From NCBI RefSeq assembly GCF_009914755.1, contig NC_060935.1: a stretch of 64,000 nucleotides of DNA. One strand, given 5' to 3'. The notes beneath the pieces were generated by a model. The model was not told where the DNA came from, did no database searches, and worked only from the letters and a program-made list of their open reading frames with translations. This document shows, piece after piece, positions 38,290 to 62,149 of the stretch (positions are counted from its first letter, which is position 1; the number at the start of each line of letters is the position of its first letter). The stretch is from the human T2T-CHM13v2.0 reference genome, Homo sapiens. Position numbers and translations under genes: made by a program.

Positions 38290-40200
38290 CTGGTGTCCTG
38301 ACTTTTCTTTCTCTGTCTTGCAACAGGTAGTTAATGGGCTCTTTCTGTGTGCAGACATTGAGGATACAGTTGTCAGCTAGGTGGGAAAAGCCTCTATTGT
38401 CATGGAACATCCAGCCTAGTGAAGGAGACATGTTAATGAAGAATTAAAACTAGATGGATTAAGTGTTAAGAGATGTGATGGAGAAATGCATAGTGTCATG
38501 ATAGCATATAAATGGGGAGGTTGGGGGAGTTTCCCTCAGGAAGGAATGCTGGAGCTGTGATCAGAAGGAACCAGAGGAATTAGGATATAACTAGGCAAAG
38601 AGGAGGGAGATAAGCTGTGACGAGATAGGACAGCAGGTGCAGAAGCCCTGTAGTGCGAGAGGCATGGTGGGAGGGAAACTTCGAGTAGGCCGCTGTGGCT
38701 GCAGCATGAGCAGCAAGGGCAGCATGGTGAGAGCAGACGGTGATAAACTATATGAATCTTGCAGTTGTGTTAAAGGTGTGTTTGTCTTTATGAACAATGG
38801 GAAGTCATCAAGAAGTTTAAGTTACGAGCTGGCAAAATGAATTAATACACTTACAAAATATTTGGAGTCTTGCTTGATTAGAACAGAAAAATATATTTGA
38901 CATTTCTTTTTTGATAACAATGTTATCTCCTTATGTCCTTTTCTCAAACATCTTCAATGGTTCCCTAATACAATGGTATGAATCTAGCATTTAAGGCTCT
39001 TAAAGCATCATTTTCTAGATTCATATTCCCATTTTACTACCCTGACCTACTGCCTACCTCCCCCACCACATACACACTATGCTCTGCATTTGAAAGTCTC
39101 ACCCATTTGTCAAAGTCCAGCTTGAATTCCACCTCCTTCATTTAGACTGCCCAGATCTCTTCAATGAGAACTCAACCCACCCCACTGCTGAGTTCCTCTA
39201 GCATTTGGGGAGAAACACATGCTTACTTAGCACTTACCATTGGTTACCTGCTATGAATTATTTGCAGTGCATAATGATCCTCTTTTGGTGTAAGAATTCA
39301 CACTTTATTTTTTGAAGTCATCAAGTTCCTTGTGTGATACCTGATGGGAATTCCAAGAGTCCACCATCACTCAGTGGGTGGGTTTCTTTGTAGTCCCACA
39401 CAATGTGCCTCTCAGAGAGTCCTTGAGATGCATTATTTTAGGGAGTCGTTCTAAAAAAGTTTTTTTCATCCTAAAATCATAGACACTGAGCTTTCTTAGT
39501 TCTTTTTCTCTTATGCTGTTGAATTAAATCTCAGGCTTAATGTTTAAGTTAGAAAAGGGTTTAGTGAAATCATAAATAATCTTGATAAGATTCACTCTCT
39601 CACTCAACCCAATACTGTTCCTATTTGGTCCACAGGATCAACCGCTATTTTCTTGCATGGTGGTATTCACCAGGGTTTGTACTCAACCCACATCCCTTCT
39701 CACTAAGCACAGTCTTCCTGGGACTTTCATCTGTGCTATAGATTCAACTTCCACCTAGGTATGGATTAATTAAGTCATTGAATATTTATTGAGTGCATGT
39801 GTCTCAGGCAGTGTTCTAGCCACTAGGGATATAGCAGTGAACAAAATACTAAAAAAGTACCTGCCCTATGTAGCTTACATTCTAAACAGGTGATAAGTAT
39901 AAGTTAAAAATGCATAGTATCTTAGCGATAATAAAACAAGTAGGGAAGAAGAACATGAAATTCCAAGATGCATGTGAAAATTTAGATAGGTTAGACAGGG
40001 AAGGCCTTACTGAAAAGGCAACAACAACAACAAAAAAATGGAATTGAGAGAGCTAGCCGGGCTGATGTCTGTGGAAAGTGTTTCAGGTGACAGAATAAGT
40101 GCAAAGGCCCCAAGAAATGTGCCTCGCGTGTTCAAAGACGGAAGAATGAGACAGGATTAGAGTGAATGGGGAGGAAGGGAGTAGTAGAACAGAAGGTGAA
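38290..40200. mobile_element. L2 fragments (~38290-38830 and ~39770-40200)
   Basis: aatatttattgagtgc...aggcagtgttctag...cagtgaacaaaa L2 3' signature. Confidence 0.65.
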
Positions 40201-40283
40201 AACGAAGCATTTCTAGTTTTCTGAGAGTCATCATAAAAGGGTGCTGAATTTTGTCAAATGCTTTTTTTTTTTGCGTCAGTTGA

Positions 40284-42360
<2,077 letters not shown>

Positions 42361-42369
42361 GCTGACGTT

Positions 42370-43020
42370 ACTATTAATGCCAAGGTTTTTGTTCTGAACA
42401 CCTTGGAAGAAGAGAATGGCTATTAACTGAGATGAGAAAGACTGGGAAGATCTAATTTGGAGAGTAGAATATCAAGGGCTCAGTTTTGGATATATTAAAT
42501 TCAAGATGCCACTAGATATCAAGGAGAGAAGTCAAGTAGACAGAAAAGAAAAGAGGTCTCAGGACTGAGCCTTGGGGTGGTAAGGACCTGGGGGTCAGGA
42601 AGATGAGGCAGAACCAGAAAAGACCGAGCAGAAGTAGCCAGAGGATGGGAGGTAAAGTTGGAGATTGTGGTGTCTCAGAAATAGGTAAAGACAGTGTTTT
42701 TGCTGCTAAGTCAAGTAACATGAGGACTCATGGAATTTGCCATGTGGAAGTCATTGGCAATCTTGGGAAAAGCAGTTTTGGTGGAGTTGGAGGAGAATGG
42801 GAGGAGAGAATTGGAGACCAAGAGTACAAATAATTTCATGAGTCACTGTAAAGAGGAGCAGAGAAATGGGGCAGTTGCTGGAAAGGGAAGTGGGATCAAG
42901 AATTGTTTGTTTAATGTAAGAAATTGGGATTCCTGATGGGATTGATCCAATGGAGAGGAGAAAGTTTGTGATGCAGGAGAGGAGAGAATTGCTGTTGCAC
43001 TGTCCTTGAATAATGGGAGG
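42370..43020. mobile_element. L2 fragment
   Basis: cagttttggatatattaaattcaagatgcc and gaagtcattggcaatcttg L2 blocks. Confidence 0.7.
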
Positions 43021-44539
43021 GGACAGAATCTAGTAGAGGTGCTGGGTTCATCTGTTAGAAGAGGAAGAAGCAGGTAGGTAGGTAAATGCATTTGCTTCAA
43101 TTTTATGATGGCTCTCAAATACACATCTGCAATTGCTCTCTTCTTTGAGCCAAAACTTACTTCCTTGGGACATCCCTGACTGAATTTTTCTAAAAGTACG
43201 TCAGCCTCAAGTTGTCCCAAACAAAGATCAACCCCTTTCCTTTCAACTTACTCTCTCTGCTTGTTACTCCCTATCCTTGGCAGCCCATTCATGCTGAGAA
43301 GAGGAAGGGTCAGTTTTTTCAGTAAGGTGGAAGCATCAAGAAAAAGGCAATTCCAGAGCTGAGGCTGGAAGATGGGTAATTTATCATGTGGAGAAAGGTG
43401 GGGAAGAATGAGACAGGCAAAGCATCAATGGTGGGGAGGGACACTGAGCTTGGGTTGGGAGGTGACTGGGGGCGGTGAGCTCAGAGCAGTCATCTAGAGG
43501 CTGTTACACTCCCAGATGCCAACAAAGCATTGTCAGGGGTTGTGGAGTTTCCCATAGGTTGTTATGTAATCCAAAAGGCTACTTGTCTTGAATTTTTCTT
43601 CCATAGCATTAGATTGTTGTTCTGCCAGAAGAACCCTGCAAGCTGCTTCCACCTCCGGGCCTTGTGCCGGCTCTTCCCTCGTCATGCAGTGCACTTCCCT
43701 CTCACCCATCATCTCCGTGGTCACCTCTTGGGACACTTCCCCAGAGTCTTTCTCCCTTAGCCTCCTCATCTGTCTCTCATTTATGGCTTTTCTCATTTGT
43801 TATCCCAATTTTTGCTCTGTGAGGGTTTTCCTCTGAGGGTTGAATTAATCTCATGTCCTTAGAACAGGCCCTGGCATGGAAAAGGGCATCAATAAGTTTG
43901 TTGATTGACTATACAGAAAAAAAACCCAAACCATCTTGGTCTTAGGTCTCTGCCCACAGGTGCACAAATGCTTACTAACAAGCAAAGCCCAGAAATAACC
44001 TCCTTTCAGGCTGTTTTTAGATGAGGATGTTATTGTTGTGAGACGCGTGTGTGTCATCCATTCTGGACTCAGGAGACAGTGCCCATCTCTGCTGTCATTT
44101 GTTCTGTCACTTCAAAGTGCAGGAAAACCATGGGTGGTGATTTTAGAATCTTATTCAGAACCCTCAGGGAATGAGTCATTGTGCACTGACGACTTTTCCG
44201 GATTGCTGCCGTTCAAATAAATCAAGCAACAGGACATTATTGTTGTTGTTATTGTTGTTAATTTTAACTATTTTTGATGGTAAATTTCAGAAATGTATTA
44301 TCATACTTTCCTCAGTATGATTCTACCATCTCGTTTCTTCAAAATCATTATGATGAGCATAGTTATAATAATTTTTCAGCTCAGCAATGAGAATACAGAG
44401 CTTTGCTGGCCTCTCCCTGGAGCAGATCCGGACCACAGCCCTAACTGTACGGTGGAGGGAGCTGAGCTGCCCCCAGAAATCAGAGGGGTAAGTCAGGGAA
44501 AGAGGCAGGCCCAGACCCCAAGCACAGGGCCAGTGAGTC

Positions 44540-44700
44540 CCAGGCTTCAAGTGCACCAGAGTCCCCTAGGGATCTTGTTAAAATACAGGTTCCGATCCAG
44601 TAGACTCAGATTCCTCTGTGGGCTGGGATCGGAGTTCTGCATTTTTAACAAGAACCTGGGCAATGCTGGTGCGACCAGACCACAGACCACCCTTTCCATA
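44540..44700. mobile_element. MER5-like hAT-Charlie
   Basis: cttgttaaaatacag...ctgcatttttaacaag. Confidence 0.7.
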
Positions 44701-45243
44701 TCAAATCTTTCTGTATCAAGTTGACCTCCCAGAGGTTTTCTTGTGATCTTGAGTGGATTTTACTGGGAAGCTTATCTTTCTCTGGGGCTTCTTACATGTA
44801 CCAGGTGGTCTCTGGTGATAATAATTCCTCTAAAGTTTATAAAATGGTCACCTATTTCTCTTCATTCTCACAATAATCCTAGCAGGTAAGTTAGCACCCT
44901 TTTACCGACTGGGACACCAATTCCTGACATCACAGGGTTCCCAGGAGGTGGAGGCAGAGCTCATGGCTCTGTGTCTAGTGCGCTTCTCATCCCTTTCTGC
45001 TGTCTCCCCTTATATCTGTGCTCTGTGCCGTATACAGCCTTGTGGACTCTCAATGCCGTGGGAGTGCTGTGGGGAAAATAATTGTGTGTGTGCACACATG
45101 TGCGTGCCTGTGTTAACAGGAAAGGCTGATTAGCAACAGCTGTAGCACGTGAGGCCCATGTAGTCTCACTTGGGACACCCTGGCAGAGACCAACGTTTCC
45201 TCTCTGCTCCATCTCCCTGTACCCATGAAGCCCTGGCATCATA

Positions 45244-45691
45244 TTGTATGGGTGAAATATTGTGTCACAAGCAGCAGCGGTCCCTGCAGCACGTGCTGAG
45301 ATGCTGTAGCTGCCCCACCTTCACCCCTTCTCATTTGGGGGCAGGCTGGCTGGACTTGATCTGCCAGCATCTGCTTCTCTGCCTGATGCCTTTCTCTGAC
45401 CACTGGGGCTACTTTGCCCTGTACAAGGCGCTGAAGTGCTGGGAAATTAATGCCCCTCAGTCAACCAAGGGCTAATGGAAGCTGATGTAAAATAATCGAG
45501 CTCTCCTAATTTAGGATAACTCCGTGGCATTTTCCCCCACATTAAGCCTCAGTTACTCACCGTGGTGACATGCTTGATAATGTCTCACTTCCCCACTCCC
45601 ATAATAGTAGTTCCTGGGATCCCTTCCTAAAGGAATGACTTGCACTCAACTCCTTGTCTCAGGGTCTGCTGGAGGAGGCCAAATTAAGGCA
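45244..45691 (+). mobile_element. ERVL solo LTR (LTR16-like)
   Basis: tgctgggaaattaatgcccc and 3' ttcctgggat...cttgcactcaactccttgtctcagggtctgct...aaattaaggca. Confidence 0.7.
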
Positions 45692-46049
45692 CTTCTCCCA
45701 ACCACTCTTTCTACTAAGTTACATCTGAACCCATATACCTGACTTTCCTCTCATCACAGTGGAGAAGTATTCCAGTTCCTGGTGAATTCAGACCCTCCAT
45801 GAGGGGCCTAGATCGCATCCTTACAGCCCTCTCAAGATTTCCCTCTTGATATTATTTCCCTTCTCTGTGGCATCATCTTTCCTTCTCCCTCTCGCTTCCC
45901 TCTTGTCTCACTTTTCTCCTCCTCCTCCGTCTCCCTCTCTTCTAGAATACACCAACCTAGAAACAGGCTTCAAGATGACCCCTCAGGCCATAGTCTTCTG
46001 TTTCTGGGCAATATGGAGCAATAGTGACTGGATTTTTCTCATGTGCCTG

Positions 46050-46895
46050 AAACAGCCATAACAATAACAACACCACCACCACTATATGACACTGTGGTTT
46101 TCAAGACACTGGGCCTCAAGCAACAGCAGCCAGAAGATGGGAAAGAAGCAGGGTGAAGAAGTCTATGATTGCCCTAGCACAAGAGGGCATCATAGGGAAG
46201 AGCGTAGGGAAGAGAACCCAAGTAGAGCCTGCTGGGCTCTCTGAATTGAGAAAACTGGACTAAGAGTCCAGAGAGACCAAGGTAGTTAGAATGTCCAGGG
46301 CAAAGTAGTAAAGGAGAGAACTTCACAGAGAACTCCTGAGATTTGCAGTGATCCATGCATGCTTGTGAAGAAATATACAAGGCTAAGGGAAGCACCACCG
46401 GAACTAGAGGAAATCATAGCTAGTGCTCACACAGGGCCAGAATAGTGCCTCTTCCGACCAGTCAGTCTGGAAAACCTCATGCTTCACAAGACATTGAGTA
46501 CGTACTCTGAAGGGTTTTGCCTCAGTAGTGGGGAATAGTAAGCCCTAGACTAACTGCTGCTCTAGTCCTTCCTAACAAATCTTAAAAGAAATACCAAAAT
46601 GATCAAACTGTTTCCAAGTGACTTAACTGCATCTCAGAACAAAGTGCAAGAATATTTATAGTAATACAAAAATGTCCAACACTCAGCAAGGTAATATTCA
46701 TAATTACTATCATCAAATAAAAAATTAACAGGCTTGCAAATCAATTAAAACTGGCCCAGGATTGACACAGATGTAAAAACTGGCAGGCAAGAACATTAGC
46801 ACATTTATTATAGCTGCATTATATATGTTCAAAAGTTAAGTGGAGACATGGAAGATATAAAAAAAAAGACTCAGATCAAATTTCTAGAGATGAAA
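46050..46895 (+). mobile_element. Old L1M 5'UTR/ORF1 remnant
   Basis: ttatatatgttcaaaagttaagtggagacatggaagatataaaaaa...tttctagagatgaaa, typical of L1M ORF1. Confidence 0.65.
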
Positions 46896-46921
46896 TCTCT
46901 AGACTTCATTTACTGAAGTGG

Positions 46922-50488
<3,567 letters not shown>

Positions 50489-51010
50489 TATGTGTACCAT
50501 CATTAACCATCAGAGAAATGCAATTCAAAGCTACAATGATATACAACATAAGGATGGCAATCCTTGTCATCAACATCATCAACATGATGTAAACTTGCTG
50601 AAGACAGGGTTTCTTTTCTTTCCCTTGCTGTAACCACAGTTCATAGAACACTTCCTGGCACATGACTGTTGACTAAAGCAGAGCCATCCAGGCCAGAGAG
50701 AATTACTAGAGGTATGCATTGAGGGTAGAAATAGTAGCAGCAGGGAGCTAGGTATGAAGGTTAGCAGGAGTGGGTGAAAGTCATGCCTAAATGAAACCAA
50801 CATTGCCTCCAGCAGCTGTGGGACTGCAGGAGGGCAGGACTGGCTGCTCTCTGAAGGTCAGCAGGCTAAATAAAATGCTTAGAAACAGCCTTGGGTGGTA
50901 GGAATGGATGTTTCCGCACTCTTATTTAATAATTTTTAAATTTAGAAATTAATATATACAGAAGAGTGTGTAAAACATATATGTGCTCTTTAAAGAACAG
51001 CTATAAATCA

Positions 51011-51282
<272 letters not shown>

Positions 51283-51500
51283 AACCTCCTGTCTTCTAAA
51301 ACAAAACCACTCTCTTGATTTTTGTTATAATCATCCCTTGCTTCAAAAAATAGTTTACCATCTACTTCTGTACAGCTAGATAATATCTTATTCAGTTTTT
51401 AAACTTTATATAAATGGAGTTATAATAAATGCATTCTTCCATGATTTGCTTTTTTTCCTCTTAATATTATGTTCACAAGATACTTTTGTATCTTAATATG

Positions 51501-51502
<2 letters not shown>

Positions 51503-51534
<32 letters not shown>
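51503..51534. repeat. (AT)16 microsatellite
   Basis: Read directly. Confidence 0.95.
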
Positions 51535-51537
<3 letters not shown>

Positions 51538-51669
51538 TCTTAAGTAATTGATTAATTTACAATCCCATTAGCACTGTGTGCTCCCCACCTTGGTTAACAA
51601 TTGATAATTTTATACTACATAATTTTTGCAATATGATAGGTAATCATATTTTCAACAAAATAAGTGAAA

Positions 51670-53250
51670 TTTTAGCATAGTTTTAAATTTAGAGAAAAAT
51701 TGCCAGAATGGTATGGGAAGTCCTGTATACCCCTCAGCCAGTTTCTCCTATTGTTAAAATCTTTACATTATTATGATATATTTGTCACAACTGAGAAAGC
51801 AACTTTTCTACATTACTGTTAACCAAACTGCACACTTTACTTGGACTTTACTAATTTTTCCATGAATGTTCTTTCTTCTAGTCCAGGATCCCACCCACTA
51901 TGCCACATTCCACTTAGTCATCACGTCTCCTTCATCTTCTCTTGTCTGTGACAGTTTCTCAGTCTTTTCTAGTTTCTCATGACCTTGACAGTTTTGGGGA
52001 ATACTTGTCAGGTATTTTGAAGATTGTCTCTCAATTTGGGTTGTCTGACGTTTTCCTCGTGGTTAGACTTGGGTGATGGGTTTGGTGGAAGAAAACCACA
52101 GAAGTGAAGTTCTCTTCTCATCATATCATATCAAGGGGACATACTATCCACATGACTTATCAACGATGGTGTTAATCTTCATTATCTGGCCAAGCTAGTG
52201 CTTGCCAGGTTTTTCCACTGTAAAGTTACTCTCCCTCCATCCTTTCCACACTCTACTCTTTGGAAGAAAATTACTAAACGTACTCCACACTTGAGGTGGA
52301 AAAAGATTATGCCCCACCTTCTGGAGGAGGGAAGTATCTATGTAAATTATTTGCAATTCTTCTGTATGGGAGATTTGTCTCTTCTCTCCATTTATTTACT
52401 CAATCACTTATTTATATTAATATGACTTAGGAATATTTATTTTACACGTTGGATTATAATACAACACTACATTATTTTGTTGCTCAAATTGTTCCAGCTT
52501 GGACCATTGGAGACTCTTTCAGATTGGCTCCTATATCTTTGGCACTTCCTTATTTTCTGGCTCCATAATATTCTCAAGGCTTACCTTATATTTTTTTCTG
52601 CCCCAGCTCTAGAACCAGCCATTTCCCCAAGTAGCCCTGGTCCCTTTTATTGGAGAATGGTGTTAAAAACCAAGATTTGAGTCTTGAGTGTGCTCACTGC
52701 TACTGGCTGTTGTTGATCCTAGGCCCTCTTAGCGGAAAGAGCTAGGAAATAAATATGCACATACAAATCCATAGATACACATACATATCTATAATTATTT
52801 CTGTATCTATCCATCTGTATCTACATTAAGTTAACCATACTGATGTGTCTTGCTCTATCCAATATTACTGTTCACTCTAGCCTTCCCCTCTCACTTATAT
52901 GTAACTTCTCTCCCCAACAGTGAGAAATCTAACTCCCATCATCCAGCATCCATTTATTTATTTGTTCAACCTCAGTATACATGCACAGTAGCTTCAGAAT
53001 TGTTAAGCCATATCCCTGTGAGAAATAACTTTACCAACTAGAACACAGTGCCTATGTATAATTCCTTTGTGTTTAGCCTTACAGTTTCCGGCTAACATTG
53101 TTTTTTCAAAGTTACTTAGGCCAGCTCCTTTCTTCTCTATCCCCTTCAAATGTTATATCATACATTTGTAACACAGTTAGATTCTTTTGTCACAGTCTGA
53201 ATCCATCCTAGGAGCCCCTGACCTCCTGGTTGATTGATTTTTAAAATATA
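51670..53250 (-). mobile_element. L1MC (MER42-like) 3' region
   Basis: ccaggatccc...cattccacttagtcatcacgtctcc and ggtttttccactgtaaagttact blocks. Confidence 0.75.
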
Positions 53251-53259
53251 CGCACATTG

Positions 53260-53542
53260 GGCCAGGCGTGGTGGTTCATGCCTGTAATCCCAGCACTTTG
53301 GGAAGTGGAGGTGGGCAGATCTCTTGAGCTCAGGAGTTTGAGACCAGCCTGGGGAACATGACCAAACACTGTCTCTACAAAAAATACAAAAGTTAGCAAG
53401 CGTGGTAGTGCATACTTGTAGTCCCAGCTACTTGGGAGGCTGAGGTGGGAGGATCACCTGAGTCTAGGAGGTTGAGGCTGCAGTGTGATTGCGCCACTGT
53501 ACTCCAGCCTGGGCAGCAGAGTAAGACCCTGTATCAAAAAAA
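53260..53542 (+). mobile_element. AluJ
   Basis: Sense dimeric Alu with short tail. Confidence 0.92.
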
Positions 53543-53962
53543 TTTTTTACATTCATTAAAGTTCATTTTTTGAGCTGTAAATTTCTAAGGTTTTGACCAT
53601 TGTATTGTATCATGTATGCACCACTCCAGAACCATACAGAATAATTCAATCACCCTAAAAATTTCCTAATATTTTCCCTTTTTAGTCAACTCCCCTTCCC
53701 CAAACCCCTGGCAAACACTTGATTGCATATTCATCCTTCTAGTTTTTCTCTTTCCAGAGATGAAAAACCATGCTTGCATATATTTCATCTCTCTAGTTTT
53801 TCTTTTTCCAGAATTTTCATATATATGAAATCATACAATAAATGGCCTCTGAAGTCTGGCTTCTTTCGCTTAGCAAAATACATTTCAGATTCATTGATAA
53901 TTTTTCTGTGAATTAATAGCTAGTTCCTCTTTATCACTGCATAGTATTCCATTGTACCACAG

Positions 53963-54373
53963 TGTGATGGTTAATTTTATGTGTCAACTTGGCTAGGCTG
54001 TATGTCCAGTTATTCAATCAAACACTAATTTATGTGTCTCTGTGAAGGTATTTTGTAGATGTGATTAACATCTATACTCAGTTTACTTTAACTAAAGGTG
54101 ATTACCTTTGATCATGTGGGTAGCCTCATCTAATCAGTTGACGGCCTTAAAAACAAAATCTGAGATTTCCCAGAGAGGAAGAAATTTGGCCTCAAGACTA
54201 TAGCATCAGCTCCTTCCTGAGTTTCCAGCCTGTTGGCCTGCCCTACAAATTTCCGACTTGCCAGCCCCTACAGTCATGTGAGCCAATTCCTTTCAATCTC
54301 TTCCTATTTCAATAGATAGACAGCCAATAGGATATAGATCCTCCGGTTTCTCTGGAGAACCCCGACCGATACA
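53963..54373 (+). mobile_element. MLT2 (ERVL) solo LTR inserted in L1
   Basis: TGTGATGGTTAATTTTATGTGTCAACTTG...TCTCTGGAGAACCC...TACA; 5-bp TSD CACAG/CACCG. Confidence 0.9.
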
Positions 54374-54375
54374 CA

Positions 54376-59230
<4,855 letters not shown>

Positions 59231-59252
59231 AAAACCTCCCTCCTACATTCTT

Positions 59253-59734
59253 TCATTTATTTTTATTTTTTTATTTTTTAAGAGATGGGGGTCTCACTAT
59301 TTTGCCCAGGCTGGTCTTCAACTCCCGGGCTCAAGCAATCCTCCTGTCTCAGCTTCCAGAGTAGCTAAGACTACAGATGTGTGCCACCATGCCTGACTCT
59401 CCCTCCTGTATTCTTTTTTTTTTTTTTTTTTTTGAGACGGAGTCTCACTGTGTCACCCAGGCTGAAGTGCAGTGGTGTGATCTCTGCTCACTGCAACCTC
59501 CGCCTCCCAGGTTCAAGTGACTCCTTGAACTGGAGTCCTTGACTCCTGCCTCAGCCTCCCCAGTAGCTAGGATTACAGGCACCCGCCACCATGCCCAGCT
59601 GATTTTTTTATTTTTAGTAGAGACAGGGTTTCGCCATGTTGGCCAGGCTGGTCTCGAACTTCTGACCTCACGTGACCTGCCTTCCTCGGCCTCCTAAAGT
59701 GCTGGGATTATAGGCATGAGCCACCACTCCTGGC
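59253..59734 (-). mobile_element. FLAM/left monomer (~59253-59398) plus AluS (~59414-59734)
   Basis: Monomer followed by dimer; target sequence present three times. Confidence 0.92.
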
Positions 59735-60236
59735 CCCTCCTGTATTCTTAAGAAAGCAAACAGGCTTCACCTCTTTTGCCAAGTCCTTCTCCCTCCTTAC
59801 TGCCCTCTGATCTGGTTCCTCTCTGCTCCCCAACTCAATTCTCAATTCTTTATTCCCCAAAAGATCCTATCTAGCATTGTAAGGCCCTCTATAAAGGGCA
59901 AAGATGGGGAAGGGAGAGAAGAAATAGGGTGGAGATGTGCCAGTTGGCAGGGGTTAGTTAGAAGAAGGCTTGAATTCTCATACATTAATAAGTCTTGTCC
60001 TGTCACACTTGTAAATAATAGCGGTAACTGGGATGAGACACAGGTCACTAACACAGGCTGGTCCTCCCCCAGCCAGTCCTATGAGGGACCCAGCAGTCTT
60101 CCCCTTTAATTTCTCTATTGCTGGATGACAGGCCAAGTGGATTCACATGATAAAGTATTGGAAGTGAGAGGAGCAAAGTAGGGAGATGATGAGAAGTTGC
60201 TGAATAGCTTGGGGGTGGGGTTTTCAGGGAGTCTGA

Positions 60237-60630
<394 letters not shown>

Positions 60631-61689
60631 TAGATTCATTTTTCTCTTCGAGAGAATCAAGCGAAGAATGGTGTCTTCCTGGGCTTTTCTGTGTAGGGGT
60701 GCTTCTTAAACACGATGCGACTCTGAGACTGAACCAGGAGTGTCTCAGCTTCCTTAAGAGTTACATTGCAGGCTCCCGAGGTATGTGCCAGAACTGTGTT
60801 AAGTACTTTACAGATGAAGAAACAGGGTCAGAGATGATGGGTGACTTGTCCCCAGTCACAGCTAATAAGTGACAGAGTTTGGACAAAAATCTAGCCAGGT
60901 CTGATGTTCTAGCCTAAGGTCTTTCAGACAGCTCTTCCCTGGGAAGCCACTGACCCCTGGCTCATTCCTGCCCCCTCATCCTTCCTGCCCCAGTATGCAG
61001 GGGTAGGCCTTCCCTCGGGGCCTGGCTGAGTCTATACCCTAGCCAGCCCCGCCATATCAGCCTCTAGAGACAGCCTTCCTGACACTCCCCAGACAGCCAG
61101 GCCCCAGGGCGTGCAGCCAAGCGGAACCTCTCTGGATGCCCCCAGCCTGAGCTCTGGGTGTGCTGCTCCCAGTCACAGCCCAGGAATGTGGGCATCCAAG
61201 CATCAGCAGCAGACATGCTCGCTGGCTGTCAGCCGAACCAGGGCCCCTGAAAACTGACAGGAGCTGAAAGAACCATTAGACAGGAAGGCTGGACTGAGAG
61301 GGCAAATTTCAAGTCACCTGAGCTGTGCATGGCAACGCAAAGCAGCTAAAGCTGGTAATGTTGGGAAAGCCACTGCCTGATGGGCCTCCGTTTCCCCATC
61401 TGTAGACTGTGGATGATATCTGTTGGCCTGCCTGTTTCACCAGGCAGCTGTGAGAACATAAATGTGATTGATTGCATCACCTGATTATATTGCTACCTCA
61501 ACCCATCTCAAAGACCCACAGGGGAAACTGAGGCTCTGAGAGCACACAGATGATACCTCGGTGGGTAATAGGGCCAGGCCAGGAATCCGGGCCTCCAGGC
61601 TCAGCTCTCACTGACTCAGTGTCGGACCCTGGGTAGATCTCTCTTCTCAGAGCCTTGGCTTCTTTATTGTAAAACGGAGGAACTGCCAC

Positions 61690-61850
61690 GACAGTGCTTC
61701 TCAGGCTTAGTTGTACTCACGTAGCACTGGGCCCTTGTTAATCCACGGATTCTGATTCAGCAGGTCTGGGGCGGGGCCTGAGAGTCTGCATTTCTAACCA
61801 GCTTCCAGGGTCTGATGCTGCTGGCCCTGGGGCCACATTTAAGAGCTGGG
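61690..61850. mobile_element. MER5A-like
   Basis: gattctgattcagcaggtctggggcggggcctgagagtctgcatttctaac. Confidence 0.8.
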
Positions 61851-62149
61851 GCCTGGAGGAGCCATATGGGCTTTCAGGTCAGACATTCCTAAACTTCCAG
61901 GGCTCTGGATGCCTCCTTCCCTTCATCGCAGCCCCCACGGGGCTGTCCTGAAACTCCTAGGTGGGAGCACTTCCTCTCTTCCCTGCGACCCTCCGCTTCA
62001 TCTGCACCTGCCTCACCTTCAGAATCAAGAAGTCTCCAGCTCCTCCTGCCTCCCCCTGGGACCTGCCCTTCTCCCAGCCCTTAGTGGGAGACAGAACCCC
62101 ATACCTATTGAGGATGTGAAGAGCTCAGACCTCTGGAGGATTAGAGAGC

